Source: a virus
DNA length: 64,000 bases
Strand: one strand, 5' to 3'
IMG/VR virus record: IMGVR_UViG_3300037336_000053
Coordinates: 1-64,000 of that record
Below are positions 63,273 to 64,000 of this stretch, in pieces (within the stretch, counting starts at the first letter, position 1; every line of letters begins with the position of its first letter). The translations under genes and the position numbers were made by a program. The notes beneath the pieces are model-generated. The model had not been told where the DNA came from and did not search any database. It saw only the letters and a program-made list of their open reading frames with translations.

Positions 63273-64000
63273 TCAATGCTTGGCTCGGTAATCTGCCACC
63301 GCTGCTTTGATAGCGTCTTCTGCAAGAATACTACAGTGTATCTTAACAGGAGGCAGTGATAGCTCTTCTGCCAGTTCGCTGTTCTTGATCGCGCCTGCCT
63401 GATCTAGAGTCATACCTTTGACCATTTCAGTAATCAAACTGCTGGAGGCAATGGCTGAACCACAATTATGTGAACCTACTCGTTCTGAGAAAAACACATG
63501 AGCGCCGTCTTCCAATTTAAGATCGTATACCACAACCTTCTTATCATCCCGTTCGCACCCTCTTAGTTGATTGTGATGAGTAACCGCTGACACTGACACA
63601 ATTTTCATGCCATTGTGGATAAAGTTTTGTACCTGTTTCAACGAGGTATCAATTTCTTCTACAGCTAAAAATAAGGAGTCATATCCGGCTGAAGCTAATT
63701 GTTGCTTACGATTTACCACATAATCGGATTCATCAGATCGATCCTGCATAAATTTTGGCATATTTTTAGTGTATACTTCGATGCATTTTTTCTTGCCAGG
63801 AACAACAAAGTCTGGACTAACTGGCCCAGTACTTGATTGTATCCATACTTTACCTGAACACCATTTTGCAGCTACGTTATTTTTTTCAAACAAGTTAATA
63901 TATTTTTGTTCTATGCTAGTTGGGACGGAACGGTCTATATTCGCCATACCTTGTCTCCATTTATCCACATATACAGGATTTCCCCAATTTTTTCTGGAGG
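63273..64000 (-). CDS. iscU: IscU Fe-S scaffold, 3' part (runs off the window edge), interrupted by an intein
   Basis: After SHN comes CGSAIASSSL..LPPVKIHCSILAEDAIKAA, which is near-identical to proteobacterial IscU. The frame is open to position 64000. Confidence 0.9.
   Translation of the reverse strand, partial: SRKNWGNPVYVDKWRQGMANIDRSVPTSIEQKYINLFEKNNVAAKWCSGKVWIQSSTGPVSPDFVVPGKKKCIEVYTKNMPKFMQDRSDESDYVVNRKQQLASAGYDSLFLAVEEIDTSLKQVQNFIHNGMKIVSVSAVTHHNQLRGCERDDKKVVVYDLKLEDGAHVFFSERVGSHNCGSAIASSSLITEMVKGMTLDQAGAIKNSELAEELSLPPVKIHCSILAEDAIKAAVADYRAKH
63465..64000 (-). mobile_element. Intein (C-terminal part) with a Vsr/DUF559-like endonuclease domain, Cys+1
   Basis: VVYDLKLEDGAHVFF (block F), SHN/C (block G), PDFVVPGKKKCIEVY nuclease motif. 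Confidence 0.85.

Noticed and set aside
1-64000. Stop-codon reassignment (seen in some huge phages)
   Set aside because: Recognisable genes are full length in code 11 and end at TAA, TGA or TAG. The polB break is explained by the split intein.
1-64000. CRISPR array, tRNA or rRNA genes
   Set aside because: No regularly spaced direct repeats with unique spacers and no cloverleaf/T-loop signatures in the short intergenic gaps. The repeats found are in-frame coding repeats.
1-64000. Cellular (bacterial chromosome) origin, given clpA/def/dnaJ/iscAU
   Set aside because: T4-like polB, clamp, RNase H, late promoters, fibres and homing endonucleases dominate, and the host-like genes are embedded in phage operons.

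Overview
This window comes from a large, AT-rich, T4-like (Tevenvirinae-related 'huge/jumbo') bacteriophage genome. It uses the standard code 11 and is densely coding. The host is probably a Beta/Gammaproteobacterium, inferred from IscA/IscU/ClpA similarity and consensus sigma70 promoters. Four blocks are visible. (1) 1-22,968 is a mixed-orientation accessory island of tailoring enzymes: 7 radical SAM genes (two with separately encoded auxiliary Fe-S domains, one B12-dependent), 4 PP-loop ATP-pyrophosphatase-like paralogues, 2 2OG-Fe(II) oxygenases, 2 acyl desaturases plus a sterol-desaturase-type enzyme, methyltransferases, GNAT, SGNH, nitroreductase and an NMO/FabK-like flavoenzyme, ending at a tail-fibre gene. 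(2) 24.5-49.5 kb (minus strand) covers replication and DNA modification: MoxR ATPase/VWA pair, RNase H, a 7-deazaguanine cluster (queE, folE, dpdL-like, TGT/dpdA-like) interleaved with HIT, PRTase, cupin, glycosyltransferase and a MutH/Sau3AI-like nuclease, then sliding clamp, NDP-sugar genes, and a family B DNA polymerase fractured into two genes by a cysteine-free split intein with a free-standing endonuclease between the halves. (3) 49.5-57.3 kb holds putative internal-head/virion proteins. They share an N-terminal M-K/R-I/L-x-E/D-I/V...E tag. One is a polyprotein built from ~55-76 aa cassettes joined at a DNA-conserved GGTGTGGCGGAAGG (GVAEG) junction, the most novel-looking signal here. 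A LysM-GH19 hydrolase, a nucleotidyltransferase and a 16-aa-repeat fibre follow. (4) 58-64 kb has host-like clpA, def, dnaJ, iscA and an intein-interrupted iscU. No tRNA, rRNA or CRISPR array was seen. All functional calls come from motif recognition by eye; no database searches were run.
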